Origin: Frankiaceae bacterium
GTDB taxonomy: Bacteria > Actinomycetota > Actinomycetes > BP-191
Length of the DNA: 64,000 nucleotides
Assembly: GCA_035556555.1 (NCBI GenBank)
Contig: DATMES010000059.1
Coordinates: 12,054 to 76,053, forward strand
Direction of reading: 5' to 3'
The notes below the pieces were generated by a model that worked only from the letters and a program-made list of their open reading frames with translations, had not been told where the DNA came from and searched no databases. Each line of letters begins with the position of its first letter. Positions within the stretch are counted from its first letter, which is position 1. The position numbers were made by a program, and so were the translations under genes. Positions 47,229 to 55,824 of the stretch are shown piece after piece.

Positions 47229-48169
47229 TGCCGATCGACGCCGGCCTGGCGAGCGCGAGCGACAACCTGCTCTTCGCGGCCGTCGTGGCGTACGTCGTCG
47301 CGATGCTCGGCTACTTCGTCGAGTTCGCGTCCGGTCGTCGCGTGCCCTTGCCGATCGCGGGTGGCGCCACGGACACCGCTCTCCCGCCGTCGTACGTGGC
47401 GTCGGTCGAGTCCGCGTCGCGGCGCGGGCGGCTCGGGCTGTGGTGCGGCCGTGGCGCTGTGGCGCTGACGGTGGTGGGCTGGGGGCTGCACGCTGGTGCC
47501 GCCGTGCTGCGCGGCCTCGCGACCGACCGGGTGCCGTGGGGGAACATGTACGAGTTCTCCTCGATGGTCTGCCTGATCGGCGTGACGTCGTTCCTCGTGC
47601 TGCTGGTACGGCAGCCGGTGCGCTACCTCGGCGGCTTCGTGATGCTGCCGGTGGTGCTGACGCTGGGGCTCGCGTCGTCGGTGCTGTACGCGCCCGCGGC
47701 TCCTTTGGTACCCGCGCTCAACTCGTACTGGATCAAGATCCACGTGGTCGCGGCGATGACGGCGTTCGGCGTGTTCATGGTGGGGATCGTGGCGACGCTG
47801 CTGTATCTGGTGGCTGTGCGGCTGGAGGCCCGGGGGCGCGGTGCGTCGCGGCTGCCGGCCGCCGCCTCGCTGGACCGGGTCGCCTACAGGACGATCGCCT
47901 TTGCCTTCCCGATCTGGACCTTTGCCGTGATGGCCGGCGCGGTGTGGGCCGAGGCGTCGTGGGGGCGGTACTGGGGCTGGGACCCCAAGGAGACGTGGTC
48001 GTTCATCACGTGGGTGCTCTACGCGGGCTACCTGCACGCGCGCGCGACGGCCGGGTGGCGCGGGTCCCGCGCGGCCTGGGTGGCGGTCGCCGGCTTCGTG
48101 GCGCTGATGTTCACGTACTACGGCGTCAACATCTGGATCCCCGGCCTCCACTCGTACTCGGGCGTGTAG
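47228..48169 (+). CDS. ccsA: Cytochrome c-type biogenesis protein CcsA/ResC (heme exporter/lyase subunit)
   Basis: WWD-domain region (WGRYWGWDPKETWSFITW) with the conserved His residues. Confidence 0.85.
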   Translation: MPIDAGLASASDNLLFAAVVAYVVAMLGYFVEFASGRRVPLPIAGGATDTALPPSYVASVESASRRGRLGLWCGRGAVALTVVGWGLHAGAAVLRGLATDRVPWGNMYEFSSMVCLIGVTSFLVLLVRQPVRYLGGFVMLPVVLTLGLASSVLYAPAAPLVPALNSYWIKIHVVAAMTAFGVFMVGIVATLLYLVAVRLEARGRGASRLPAAASLDRVAYRTIAFAFPIWTFAVMAGAVWAEASWGRYWGWDPKETWSFITWVLYAGYLHARATAGWRGSRAAWVAVAGFVALMFTYYGVNIWIPGLHSYSGV

Positions 48170-48197
48170 GTCGCGCGCCCGACCCGGCGCCGCCGGA

Positions 48198-48292
48198 GGT
48201 TACTGGTGAGTAGCGACGTCGCGGCTCACCAGTTCGTGCTCGCTGTTTGTCGCTACTCACCAGTAACCGCGGGCCCACTGCCGGGCGCGCCG
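48198..48292 (+). repeat. Structured repeat, copy B: same 18-bp inverted arms as copy A, 35-bp spacer with an inverted core, shared tail. Lies between ccsA and the CcoN-like gene
   Basis: Seen directly. The arms are identical to copy A. Spacer ACGTCGCGGCTCACCAGTTC is the reverse complement of the copy A spacer segment GAACTGGTGAGCCACGACGT (1 mismatch). Confidence 0.7.
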
Positions 48293-48360
48293 GTTTCAGC
48301 CCAGCGCGGCGCGCCGACTATCCTCTGCGTCGCTCGCCCGACGCGTTCCCGGAGGCTCCT

Positions 48361-49749
48361 GTGACTGTCACGACGTCGGCGTCGACGGCGTCGGAGCGGG
48401 AGGCCGCCGCCTGGGAGGCGCCGTACGGTCCCGCGCTGACGTACCTCGTCGCCGGCACGTTCTGCCTCGCCATCGGCGGCCTGCTCATGCTGCTCGCCGC
48501 GGCGCAGACGGTGTCGCCGGACCTGTTCACGATCGGCGGGTCGACGTCGTTCGGCCGCATCCGCCCGGCGGCCCACCTGCTGCTCGTCTACGGCGGCCTC
48601 GGCATGGTGGGCAACGGCGTCGCCCTCGACGTCGCGCGCCGCGCCGCCAAGGCCCCCGCGAGCCTCGACAAGCTGGTCCGCGCCGCGGGCGCCGTGACGA
48701 CGATCGGCGTCGTCGGGAGCGTCGCCGCGGTCCTGCTCGGGCACTCGACGGGGCGCGTCGGCTTCGAGATGCCGCGCCCGTTCGCGGCGCTGCTCGCGCT
48801 CGGCCAGCTTCTCGTGCTGCTGGCGGTGCTGCGTACGCTCTCTCGCCGCACGACGAGCGACCTGCACCCGTCGCTGTGGTTCGTGGTGGCGGCGCTGTTC
48901 TGCGCGCCGTTCGTCATCCTCGCGGGCTCGCTGCCCGCCGTCCGCGGCATCAACGACGAGATCGTGCTGTCGTTCGGCATCTCCGGGCTGAAGCTGCTCT
49001 GGCTGATCCCGCTCGGCATCGGCGCCGCGCTCTACGTCGTCCCCAACGCCGGCCGCGCCGCGCTGCACAGCCGCCAGCTGGCGCTGGTGGCGTTCTGGGG
49101 CTGGTTCCTCTTCGCGCCGTTCGCCGGGCCGATGCGCCTCGTGTCGGGCCCCGCGCAGGAGTGGCTCGAGACGGTCGGCGTCGCCGCGTCGATCGCGCTC
49201 GGCGCGCCGTTGCTCGCGGTCGTCGTGCTGCTCCTCGCGACGTACTCCCGGCGTACGTCGCTCGCCCACGGTGCCGACCTGCGCCTCGCCCTCGCGGGCG
49301 TGGGGCTGCTGGCGTTCTGGGGGCTCACGTCGATGCTGACGGCGGGCCGTACGGCCGGCGCCCTCCTGCACGGCTCGGTCGCGGCGGACGGGCTCGCCGA
49401 GCTGGCGCTGTTCGGGGTCGCGGGGGCGCTGCTGCTGGCGGGGGTGTTCCACGCGCTGCCGAGCGTCACGGGCGACCGCATCGCCAACGTCCGCGTGGCC
49501 GGCTCCACCGTCTGGCTGCTCGCGGCCGGCGCCGCTCTCGTCGCGCTGTCGCTGCTCGTCGGCGGCTACGTCCAGGGGATGCTCCTGGAGCAGGGCGTCC
49601 GCACCGGCGGCGAGTCGTTCGCCGAGGTCGCCGACGCGATCGAGCCGATGCTCTGGCTCCGCGTCGTAGGCGAGGCGCTCGTCGCGCTGGCCTGGGTGAT
49701 GGCGTTCCAGCAGGTGTTCTCGACGTCGACCGCGAGCGACGGGGAGTAG
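48361..49749 (+). CDS. 12-TM heme-copper-oxidase-like (CcoN/NorB-like) membrane subunit lacking the canonical adjacent His-His CuB pair
   Basis: 462 aa with 12 predicted TM helices. 7 His spread across helices but no HH dipeptide. GTG start preceded by GGAGG. Translationally coupled to a bona fide CcoO-like gene. Confidence 0.55.
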   Translation: MTVTTSASTASEREAAAWEAPYGPALTYLVAGTFCLAIGGLLMLLAAAQTVSPDLFTIGGSTSFGRIRPAAHLLLVYGGLGMVGNGVALDVARRAAKAPASLDKLVRAAGAVTTIGVVGSVAAVLLGHSTGRVGFEMPRPFAALLALGQLLVLLAVLRTLSRRTTSDLHPSLWFVVAALFCAPFVILAGSLPAVRGINDEIVLSFGISGLKLLWLIPLGIGAALYVVPNAGRAALHSRQLALVAFWGWFLFAPFAGPMRLVSGPAQEWLETVGVAASIALGAPLLAVVVLLLATYSRRTSLAHGADLRLALAGVGLLAFWGLTSMLTAGRTAGALLHGSVAADGLAELALFGVAGALLLAGVFHALPSVTGDRIANVRVAGSTVWLLAAGAALVALSLLVGGYVQGMLLEQGVRTGGESFAEVADAIEPMLWLRVVGEALVALAWVMAFQQVFSTSTASDGE

Positions 49750-49751
49750 CG

Positions 49752-50264
49752 ATGCCGAGCCTGTTCCCCGTGATCGCCGGGCCAGCGCTGCTCGTCGCCG
49801 CCGGCTACGGCGTCACCGTCGTCGCGCCGGCCACCGAGCGGACCAACACCGTCCGCACCGAGGAGACCCGCGAGTACACCGTCGGCGCCGGCAAGGGCCG
49901 CGAGATCTACGCCGCCAACGGCTGCGTCTACTGCCACTCGCTGCAGCGCCGCGACACGTACGCCGACGCCGCGCTCGGGCCCGCGCCGTCCTCGAACAAG
50001 GAGGCGCTGAACGACCGACCGGCGATGCTCGGCGACGTCCGCTACGGCCCCGACCTCTCCTGCGCCGGCGACCATGTGCCCGGTGCCGCCGAGGACGCCG
50101 ACACCGACGCGCGGATCGACGCGATGGTCGCGTACCTGGAGCACCCGGAGCGCGCGCACGAGGGGTCGACGATGCCGTCGTACGCCTTCCTGAAGCACGA
50201 CGACCTGCGCCGGCTGGCGTCGTACCTCGTCGAGCACACCTGCGCCGCGGAGGCCGCCGAATGA
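49752..50264 (+). CDS. Membrane-anchored monoheme cytochrome c subunit of cbb3/NOR type (CcoO/FixO-like)
   Basis: N-terminal TM, then GREIYAANGCVYCHS (CxxCH) and the FixO-like motifs GPDLSCAGD and MPSYAFL. Strong family resemblance to cbb3 subunit II. Confidence 0.7.
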   Translation: MPSLFPVIAGPALLVAAGYGVTVVAPATERTNTVRTEETREYTVGAGKGREIYAANGCVYCHSLQRRDTYADAALGPAPSSNKEALNDRPAMLGDVRYGPDLSCAGDHVPGAAEDADTDARIDAMVAYLEHPERAHEGSTMPSYAFLKHDDLRRLASYLVEHTCAAEAAE

Positions 50265-50491
50265 CCGAGCGCATGCCCGACCGCCCGCTGTTCATCGACC
50301 CGATCGCCGTCGGGTCCGGCGACGAGGTCGACGACGCGCCCGCGCCGCGCTGGTTCCTGCTCGTGGCGCTGGTGATCCTGGCCGCGGCGGGCTACTACCT
50401 CGCGACGTTCCTGTCCGGCCCGAGCGAGTCGTCGGAGCACCGCTTCCAGCCGGGCCGCGAGGTCTACGAGCAGGTGTCCCGCTCGGAGTGA
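50261..50491 (+). CDS. Small single-TM protein (76 aa), possible CcoQ-like accessory subunit
   Basis: Single hydrophobic helix (WFLLVALVILAAAGYYLATFL). Overlaps both neighbours, which suggests translational coupling. Confidence 0.4.
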   Translation: MTERMPDRPLFIDPIAVGSGDEVDDAPAPRWFLLVALVILAAAGYYLATFLSGPSESSEHRFQPGREVYEQVSRSE

Positions 50492-50919
50492 CCCGCGTCG
50501 AGAAGGCGTACGCGTACGTCGTCTCCGCGGGCAGGCTGCTCGTCTTCACGCACCGCGACGTGTCCCTGCTGGAGACCGGCGTGCAGGTGCCCGGCGGCAC
50601 CGTACGACCGGGGGAGGCGCCGGAGGCCGCGGTCCTGCGCGAGGTCCGCGAGGAGACCGGCTACGAGACGTTCGAGGTACGCCGCGCGCTCGGCACCGCC
50701 GACTACCGCGTCGGCGACGTCACGCACCACCGGCACTTCTTCCAGCTCGCGCCGACCGCGCCGCTGCCGGAGACGTGGGAGGCGGCCGAACGCCACGACG
50801 GCCTGCGCGCGCCGACGGCGTTCGTCCTCTCGTGGCTCCCGCTGGCGCACGGGCACGTGCTGGCGGCCGGGCTGGGGGCGCTGCTGCACGGCGTTCAGGA
50901 CACCGGTGTCCAGGGGTAG
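50488..50919 (+). CDS. NUDIX hydrolase
   Basis: Nudix box GGTVRPGEAPEAAVLREVREETG. Confidence 0.8.
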   Translation: MTRVEKAYAYVVSAGRLLVFTHRDVSLLETGVQVPGGTVRPGEAPEAAVLREVREETGYETFEVRRALGTADYRVGDVTHHRHFFQLAPTAPLPETWEAAERHDGLRAPTAFVLSWLPLAHGHVLAAGLGALLHGVQDTGVQG

Positions 50920-51114
50920 CGGCCGCGGACGACGACGTTGAACGTCCGCCCGATCGACTCCGACTTCAGCAGCGACTCGTGCACGGCGCGCGGGACAGCG
51001 AAGTAGCGGTAGACGCCGCCGCCCTCGAACTCCACCTCCAGCGTGCTGGTGGCGGGGTCGTAGCCGAGGGAGGCGATGCTGGCGGAGGTGATCGGAATCC
51101 GTTGCACGCCAGGC
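50895..51114 (-). CDS. KTSC-domain small protein
   Basis: SLGYDPATSTLEVEFEGGGVYRYFAVPRAVHESLLKSESIGRTFNVVVRGRYPW matches the KTSC domain. Start placed at an in-frame GTG (ORF 50895..51173). Confidence 0.55.
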
Positions 51115-51121
51115 CATACGG

Positions 51122-52636
51122 GTGAGCGACCCGCGCCGTGACAGCCCTGGCACGCGCGCGCCAGCGGTGGCACGGGATACTGCCCCCGTGGCGTACGCCG
51201 ACCTCCGCGACTTCCTCACGCGACTCGACCGCGGGGGCGACCTGCGCCGTGTCCGGGCCAAGGTGGACCCGTACCTCGAGGTCACCGAGATCGTGCAGCG
51301 CGTCACGCGCGCGGGCGGCCCGGCGCTGGTGTTCGAGGACGTCCTCGGCTCGTCGATGCCGCTGGCCATCAACGTCTTCGGCACCGAACGCCGCATGGCG
51401 CTCGCCCTCGGCGTCGACCGGCTGGACGAGATCGGCGAACGCATCGGCGACCTCGTCAAGCCCGAGCTGCCGCACGGGTTCTCCGGCATGCGCGAGAGCA
51501 TCGGCAAGCTGCTCTCGCTGAAGGCCGTACCGCCGAAGAAGGTCAAGACCGCGCCGTGCCAGGAGGTCGTCCGGATGGGCGACCAGGTCGACCTGTACGA
51601 GCTGCCCGCGCTGCACACGTGGCCGCTCGACGGCGGCGCGTTCATGAACCTCGGCCTCACCAACACGCGCCACCCCACCGAGGGCACGCGCAACGTCGGC
51701 ATGTACCGCCTGCAGCGCCACGACCAGCGCACGGTGGGCATGCACTGGCAGATCCACAAGGACTCCAACGCCCACCACGCCGTCGCCGAACGCCGCGGCG
51801 AGCGACTGCCCGTCGCGATCGCGTTCGGCTGCGACCCGGCCGTGACCTACGCGGCGTCCGCGCCGCTGCCGGGCATCGACGAGTACCTGTTCGCGGGCTT
51901 CCTCCGCGGCGAACGCGTCGAGCTCGTCGACTGCAAGACGGTGCCGCTGCAGGTCCCCGCCAACGCCGAGATCGTCCTCGAAGGCTGGCTGGAGCCCGGC
52001 GTACGGCTGCCCGAGGGGCCGTTCGGCGACCACACCGGCTTCTACACGCCGGTCGAGCCGTTCCCCGCGCTGACCGTGGACTGCATGACGATGCGGCGGA
52101 ACCCGCTGTTCCAGACGATCGTCGTCGGCCGGCCTCCGCAGGAGGACCAGTGGCTCGGCAAGGCGACCGAGCGGATCTTCCTGCCGCTGATCCGGATGAC
52201 GGTGCCGGAGATCGTCGACTACGACCTGCCGGTCGAGGGCGTGTTCCACAACTGCGCGATCGTCTCCATCGAGAAGCGCTACCCGAAGCACGCGCAGAAG
52301 GTCATGAACGCCATCTGGGGCGCGGGCCTCCTCTCGCTCACCAAGCTCGTCGTCGTGGTCGACGCCGACTGCGACGTGCACGACTACTCCGAGGTGGCGT
52401 GGCGGGCGTTCGGCAACGTCGACTACGCCCACGACCTGCTGCTCTCCACGGGCCCTGTCGACCACCTGGACCATGCTGCGTACCAGCAGTTCTGGGGCGG
52501 CAAGGCCGGCATCGACGCGACCCGCAAGCTGCCCACCGAGGGGTACGCGCGCGACGGCGGCTGGCCCCCGGAGATCGAGCAGGACCCGTCGATCGTGTCG
52601 CGCGTAACGGACCGCTGGAACGAGCTCGGCCTGTGA
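51122..52636 (+). CDS. UbiD-family decarboxylase (menaquinone/futalosine-pathway-associated prenyl-FMN decarboxylase)
   Basis: UbiD-family N-terminus (YADLRDFLTRLDRGGDLRRV...EVTEIVQRV). Genomic context of a UbiA-like then a UbiX gene, as in the Streptomyces SCO4490-4492 cluster. Confidence 0.85.
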   Translation: MSDPRRDSPGTRAPAVARDTAPVAYADLRDFLTRLDRGGDLRRVRAKVDPYLEVTEIVQRVTRAGGPALVFEDVLGSSMPLAINVFGTERRMALALGVDRLDEIGERIGDLVKPELPHGFSGMRESIGKLLSLKAVPPKKVKTAPCQEVVRMGDQVDLYELPALHTWPLDGGAFMNLGLTNTRHPTEGTRNVGMYRLQRHDQRTVGMHWQIHKDSNAHHAVAERRGERLPVAIAFGCDPAVTYAASAPLPGIDEYLFAGFLRGERVELVDCKTVPLQVPANAEIVLEGWLEPGVRLPEGPFGDHTGFYTPVEPFPALTVDCMTMRRNPLFQTIVVGRPPQEDQWLGKATERIFLPLIRMTVPEIVDYDLPVEGVFHNCAIVSIEKRYPKHAQKVMNAIWGAGLLSLTKLVVVVDADCDVHDYSEVAWRAFGNVDYAHDLLLSTGPVDHLDHAAYQQFWGGKAGIDATRKLPTEGYARDGGWPPEIEQDPSIVSRVTDRWNELGL

Positions 52637-53580
52637 CGACGATCGCCGAGCCGATCGCGCACCAGGGGGGCGTGAAGGGCTTCCTGCGGCTGGTCGTCAT
52701 CGAGCACTCGGTGTTCGCGCTGCCGTTCGCGTACATCGCCGCGCTCACCGCGATGCTCTCCACCACCGGCATCGGCGACGTCGGCTGGCGCGACCTGCTC
52801 GTCGTGACGGTCGCGATGGTGGCGGCGCGGACGTTCGCCATGGCGGCCAACCGCGTCATCGACCGCGAGATCGACGCCCGCAACCCGCGTACGGCGCAGC
52901 GCGAGCTCGTCACGGGCGCGCTGCCGCTCCGTACGGCGTACTACGGAATGGGCGTCTCGCTCGCCGTCTTCTTCCTCGCGGCGTGGTGGCTCGCGCCGAT
53001 CTGCCTGCTGCTCTCGCCGGTCGCGCTGGCGCCGCTCGTGCTCTACCCGTACGCCAAGCGGTTCACCTGGGCGTGCCACTACGTCCTCGGCTTCGCGCAG
53101 GCCGTCGCTCCGGTCGGCGCCTGGGTCGCCATCGCGAACGGCTTCGGCCGCGCGGAGGTGCAGGGCGTCGCGGAGTCCGCGCCGTTCCTCAGCGCGATCT
53201 GGCTGGGCCTCGCGGTCGGCACGTGGATCGCCGGCTTCGACCTCATCTACGCCTGCCAGGACGTCGAGTCCGACCGCCGCGAGGGCGTCCACTCGCTCCC
53301 CGCGCGCTTCGGCGTCGCGGCGGCGCTGCGGGTGAGCATCGCGACGCACGTCGTCACGCTCGTCCTGCTCGTGCTCTTCGGCGTCACCGCCGGCTTCGGG
53401 GTGCTCTGGTGGGTTGGCGTCGCGCTCACAGCGGGTGCGCTCGCGTACGAGCACGCGATCGTCAAGCCCACGGACCTCTCGCGCGTCAACAGAGCGTTCT
53501 TCACGGTCAACGGCTACGTCGGCATCGGGCTGTTCGCCTTCGCCGTCGCGGACCTCGTACGGCGGGGGCTGACGCCATGA
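52633..53580 (+). CDS. UbiA-family aromatic prenyltransferase (menaquinone-pathway-associated)
   Basis: Polytopic membrane protein with UbiA Asp-rich motifs (NRVIDREIDARNPRT; DLIYACQDVESDRREG). Confidence 0.85.
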   Translation: MTTIAEPIAHQGGVKGFLRLVVIEHSVFALPFAYIAALTAMLSTTGIGDVGWRDLLVVTVAMVAARTFAMAANRVIDREIDARNPRTAQRELVTGALPLRTAYYGMGVSLAVFFLAAWWLAPICLLLSPVALAPLVLYPYAKRFTWACHYVLGFAQAVAPVGAWVAIANGFGRAEVQGVAESAPFLSAIWLGLAVGTWIAGFDLIYACQDVESDRREGVHSLPARFGVAAALRVSIATHVVTLVLLVLFGVTAGFGVLWWVGVALTAGALAYEHAIVKPTDLSRVNRAFFTVNGYVGIGLFAFAVADLVRRGLTP

Positions 53581-54200
53581 GGGTGCCGTACGTCGTCGGC
53601 GTGAGCGGCGCGAGCGGCACGCCGTACGCCAAGGCCGTCATCACGGCGCTCCTCGCGGCACAGCAGCCGGTGGACCTCATCGTGAGCCGCGCCGCGCGGC
53701 TGACGATTCTCGACGAGACCGGCCTCGCCTGGCACGACACAGCGGAGGACCTGGCGGCGTGGCTGGGGCCGGTGGAGGGGGACGTACGCCACTGGGGTCC
53801 CGCCGACCTCGCGGCCGGGCCGAGCAGCGGGAGCTACGTCACGCGCGGGATGGTCGTCGTGCCGGCGAGCACCGCGTCGGTGGCCGGCATCGCGCAGGGG
53901 CTGTCGAAGGACCTGTTGCAGCGGGCGGCGGACGTGACGTTGAAGGAACGGCGCCGGCTCGTCGTCGTGCCGCGCGAGACGCCGTTGTCGCGCGGGCACC
54001 TGGTCTCGCTGCTGGCTCTGCACGACGCGGGGGCCGTCGTGCTCCCGGCGAGCCCGGCGTTCTACACCGGGCCCACGGAGCTGCAGCAGCTCGTGGACTT
54101 CGTGGCGGGCCGGGTGCTGGACGCGCTGGGCGTCGAGCACGACCTGTACCGCCGGTGGACGGGCGACCTCGGGGCCGCCCGCCGCGCCGAGGAGTCCTAG
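53577..54200 (+). CDS. ubiX: Flavin prenyltransferase UbiX (prenyl-FMN synthase)
   Basis: VVGVSGASGTPYA...VVPASTASVAGIA are flavoprotein UbiX/Pad1 motifs. Confidence 0.9.
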   Translation: MRVPYVVGVSGASGTPYAKAVITALLAAQQPVDLIVSRAARLTILDETGLAWHDTAEDLAAWLGPVEGDVRHWGPADLAAGPSSGSYVTRGMVVVPASTASVAGIAQGLSKDLLQRAADVTLKERRRLVVVPRETPLSRGHLVSLLALHDAGAVVLPASPAFYTGPTELQQLVDFVAGRVLDALGVEHDLYRRWTGDLGAARRAEES

Positions 54201-54397
54201 CCCGCCGCGGCGATGGGCGCCCGGGGCTCGCCGCGCAGCAGCGCGCGCACCTCGGACTCGCGGAAGCGGCGGTGACCACCCGGCGTACGGACGCTGCCGA
54301 TCCGCCCGGCGACGGCCCAGCGCGTCACCGTCTTCGGGTCGACGCGGAACAGGGTGGCGACCTCGCCTGGGGTCATGAGCCGGTCGCGGCCTTCCAT
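54197..54397 (-). CDS. bldC: BldC-like small MerR/excisionase-family DNA-binding protein
   Basis: 66 aa. LMTPGEVATLFRVDPKTVTRWAVAGRIGSVRTPGGHRRFRESEVRALL closely resembles Streptomyces BldC (…LLTPAEVATMFRVDPKTVTRWAKAGKL…GGHRRY…EVRALL). Confidence 0.7.
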   Translation of the reverse strand: MEGRDRLMTPGEVATLFRVDPKTVTRWAVAGRIGSVRTPGGHRRFRESEVRALLRGEPRAPIAAAG

Positions 54398-54578
54398 GGC
54401 GTCCTCCTGGAGTCCCGCGCCGGAGCCCCTACAACTCCGGCGTCACTGGCCTCAACGACCGACTCGGTCAGGAGTGACGGGTAGTGCGAAAAGTCGTTCG
54501 GCCGCCCAAATCGGGCGCCCGGAACCGGACGGCGCGGGACGAACCCGTGAGAGCGGGAGAGGCGTAGCGTCCGAGGGC

Positions 54579-54839
54579 ATGACCGAACCCGAGGCCCACG
54601 TGGACGTTCTCCTGGCTGAGTTCAAGCGCCGCCTCACGGATGGGCGCGACGTGCTCCTCAACGCCCCGGAGACGGTCGACTTCGCGACGTACGACGCGTT
54701 CCGCGTGCGGCTCTCGGAGGCGCGGAACGTCCTCGACGCGCTGCACAGCGAGCTCGAGCGAGTGCTCACGCTCGCGGACGCCCTCTTCGCGGAGGGGTCT
54801 GCCGACCGGCGGGAGATCGCGGAGCGCCTTCACATCTGA
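54579..54839 (+). CDS. Hypothetical small helical protein (86 aa)
   Basis: ORF with an internal Met start that avoids overlap with bldC. No motifs. Confidence 0.3.
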   Translation: MTEPEAHVDVLLAEFKRRLTDGRDVLLNAPETVDFATYDAFRVRLSEARNVLDALHSELERVLTLADALFAEGSADRREIAERLHI

Positions 54840-54883
54840 GGCGGCGGGGTGACGGGGCGTGCCCCTGGGCGCTCGCCCCTCGC

Positions 54884-54998
54884 GATCGGGGTGCGATCTG
54901 CGCTTTTTCCCCGCACGGCCCGCAACCGGGTTGCGGACGTGACCGGCGGTGCCGTCACCGGGGGTGATCGCGGGCGGCGTCCCCCGAGCCGCTCCTAG
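54884..54998 (+). repeat. Copy 2 of the ~110-bp intergenic repeat family (same core as 8886 and 61579), in a convergent intergenic region
   Basis: Core GATCGGGGTGCGATCTGCGCTTTTTCCCCGCACGGCCCGCAACCGGGTTGCGG is near-identical to copy 1. The downstream ~60 bp is also similar. Confidence 0.7.
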
Positions 54999-55189
54999 CG
55001 GGCGGTGAGGCGGCGCAGCGCGGCGCGCAGGGCGCCGGGGTAGCCGCGGCCCTCGTTCGCGTGGCGGTAGTCGTGGCGCAGCTCGGCGAACCGAGCCTCG
55101 AAGATGTCCTGGTAGACCATGGGGTCCCTCCCCTTGACGTTCGTTCCCTTACAGATCGACACTCTACCAGTCCAACGCCGAACAATCAA
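54995..55189 (-). CDS. Small hypothetical ORF divergent from the Lrp/AsnC regulator (41-64 aa)
   Basis: ORF only. Its C-terminal codons lie within repeat copy 2. Doubtful. Confidence 0.2.
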   Translation of the reverse strand: MIVRRWTGRVSICKGTNVKGRDPMVYQDIFEARFAELRHDYRHANEGRGYPGALRAALRRLTAR

Positions 55190-55198
55190 AGGTATTCC

Positions 55199-55705
55199 AT
55201 GCCTAGTGCCGATGGATCAGCAGGCCGTACGCCCGCACGGCCGAATGTCGACGCCACGGACAGGGCGCTCATCGCGGCCCTGCGGGCCAACGCGCGAGCG
55301 ACGTTCGCCGAGCTGGCGCGCACGGTGGGGCTGTCCGCGCCGGCCGTCCACGAGCGCGTACGCCGCCTGGAGACGGCAGGGATCGTCACCGGCTACCACG
55401 CGTCGGTGGCGCCCGCGGCGCTCGGCCTCGGCGTCTCCGCCCTGGTCGGCATCCACCAGTCCGACGACGTCGAGCAGGACGACCTCGCCGCCAGGCTGGC
55501 GGAGGTGCCGGTCATCGAGGACTGCTGGTTCGTGGCCGGGGAGGAGGCGTTCGTCGTCAAGGTGCGGGTGCCCGACGTGGACGCGCTCGAGCACACGCTC
55601 GCCGTCCTGCGCCGCATCCCCGGCGTGGCCCGTACGCGGACGACGGTCGTGCTCTCGACGCGCTGGGAGGGCCGTGTGCAGGTGGAGGACGCACCGACCG
55701 CCTGA
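55199..55705 (+). CDS. Lrp/AsnC-family transcriptional regulator
   Basis: HTH (LDATDRALIAALRANARATFAELARTVGLSAPAVHERVRRLE) plus a RAM/AsnC-C ligand-binding domain. Confidence 0.85.
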   Translation: MPSADGSAGRTPARPNVDATDRALIAALRANARATFAELARTVGLSAPAVHERVRRLETAGIVTGYHASVAPAALGLGVSALVGIHQSDDVEQDDLAARLAEVPVIEDCWFVAGEEAFVVKVRVPDVDALEHTLAVLRRIPGVARTRTTVVLSTRWEGRVQVEDAPTA

Positions 55706-55824
55706 CCCGTCGGGGTGGAGTGACTAGAGCGGAAATGGCCCCATCTCGCCATGGCTCAAATCGGGCAGATCGCGAAGGCTTGCCCGAAGTCCTCCCATAC
55801 GGCCATCACGACAGGGGGCGCGTC

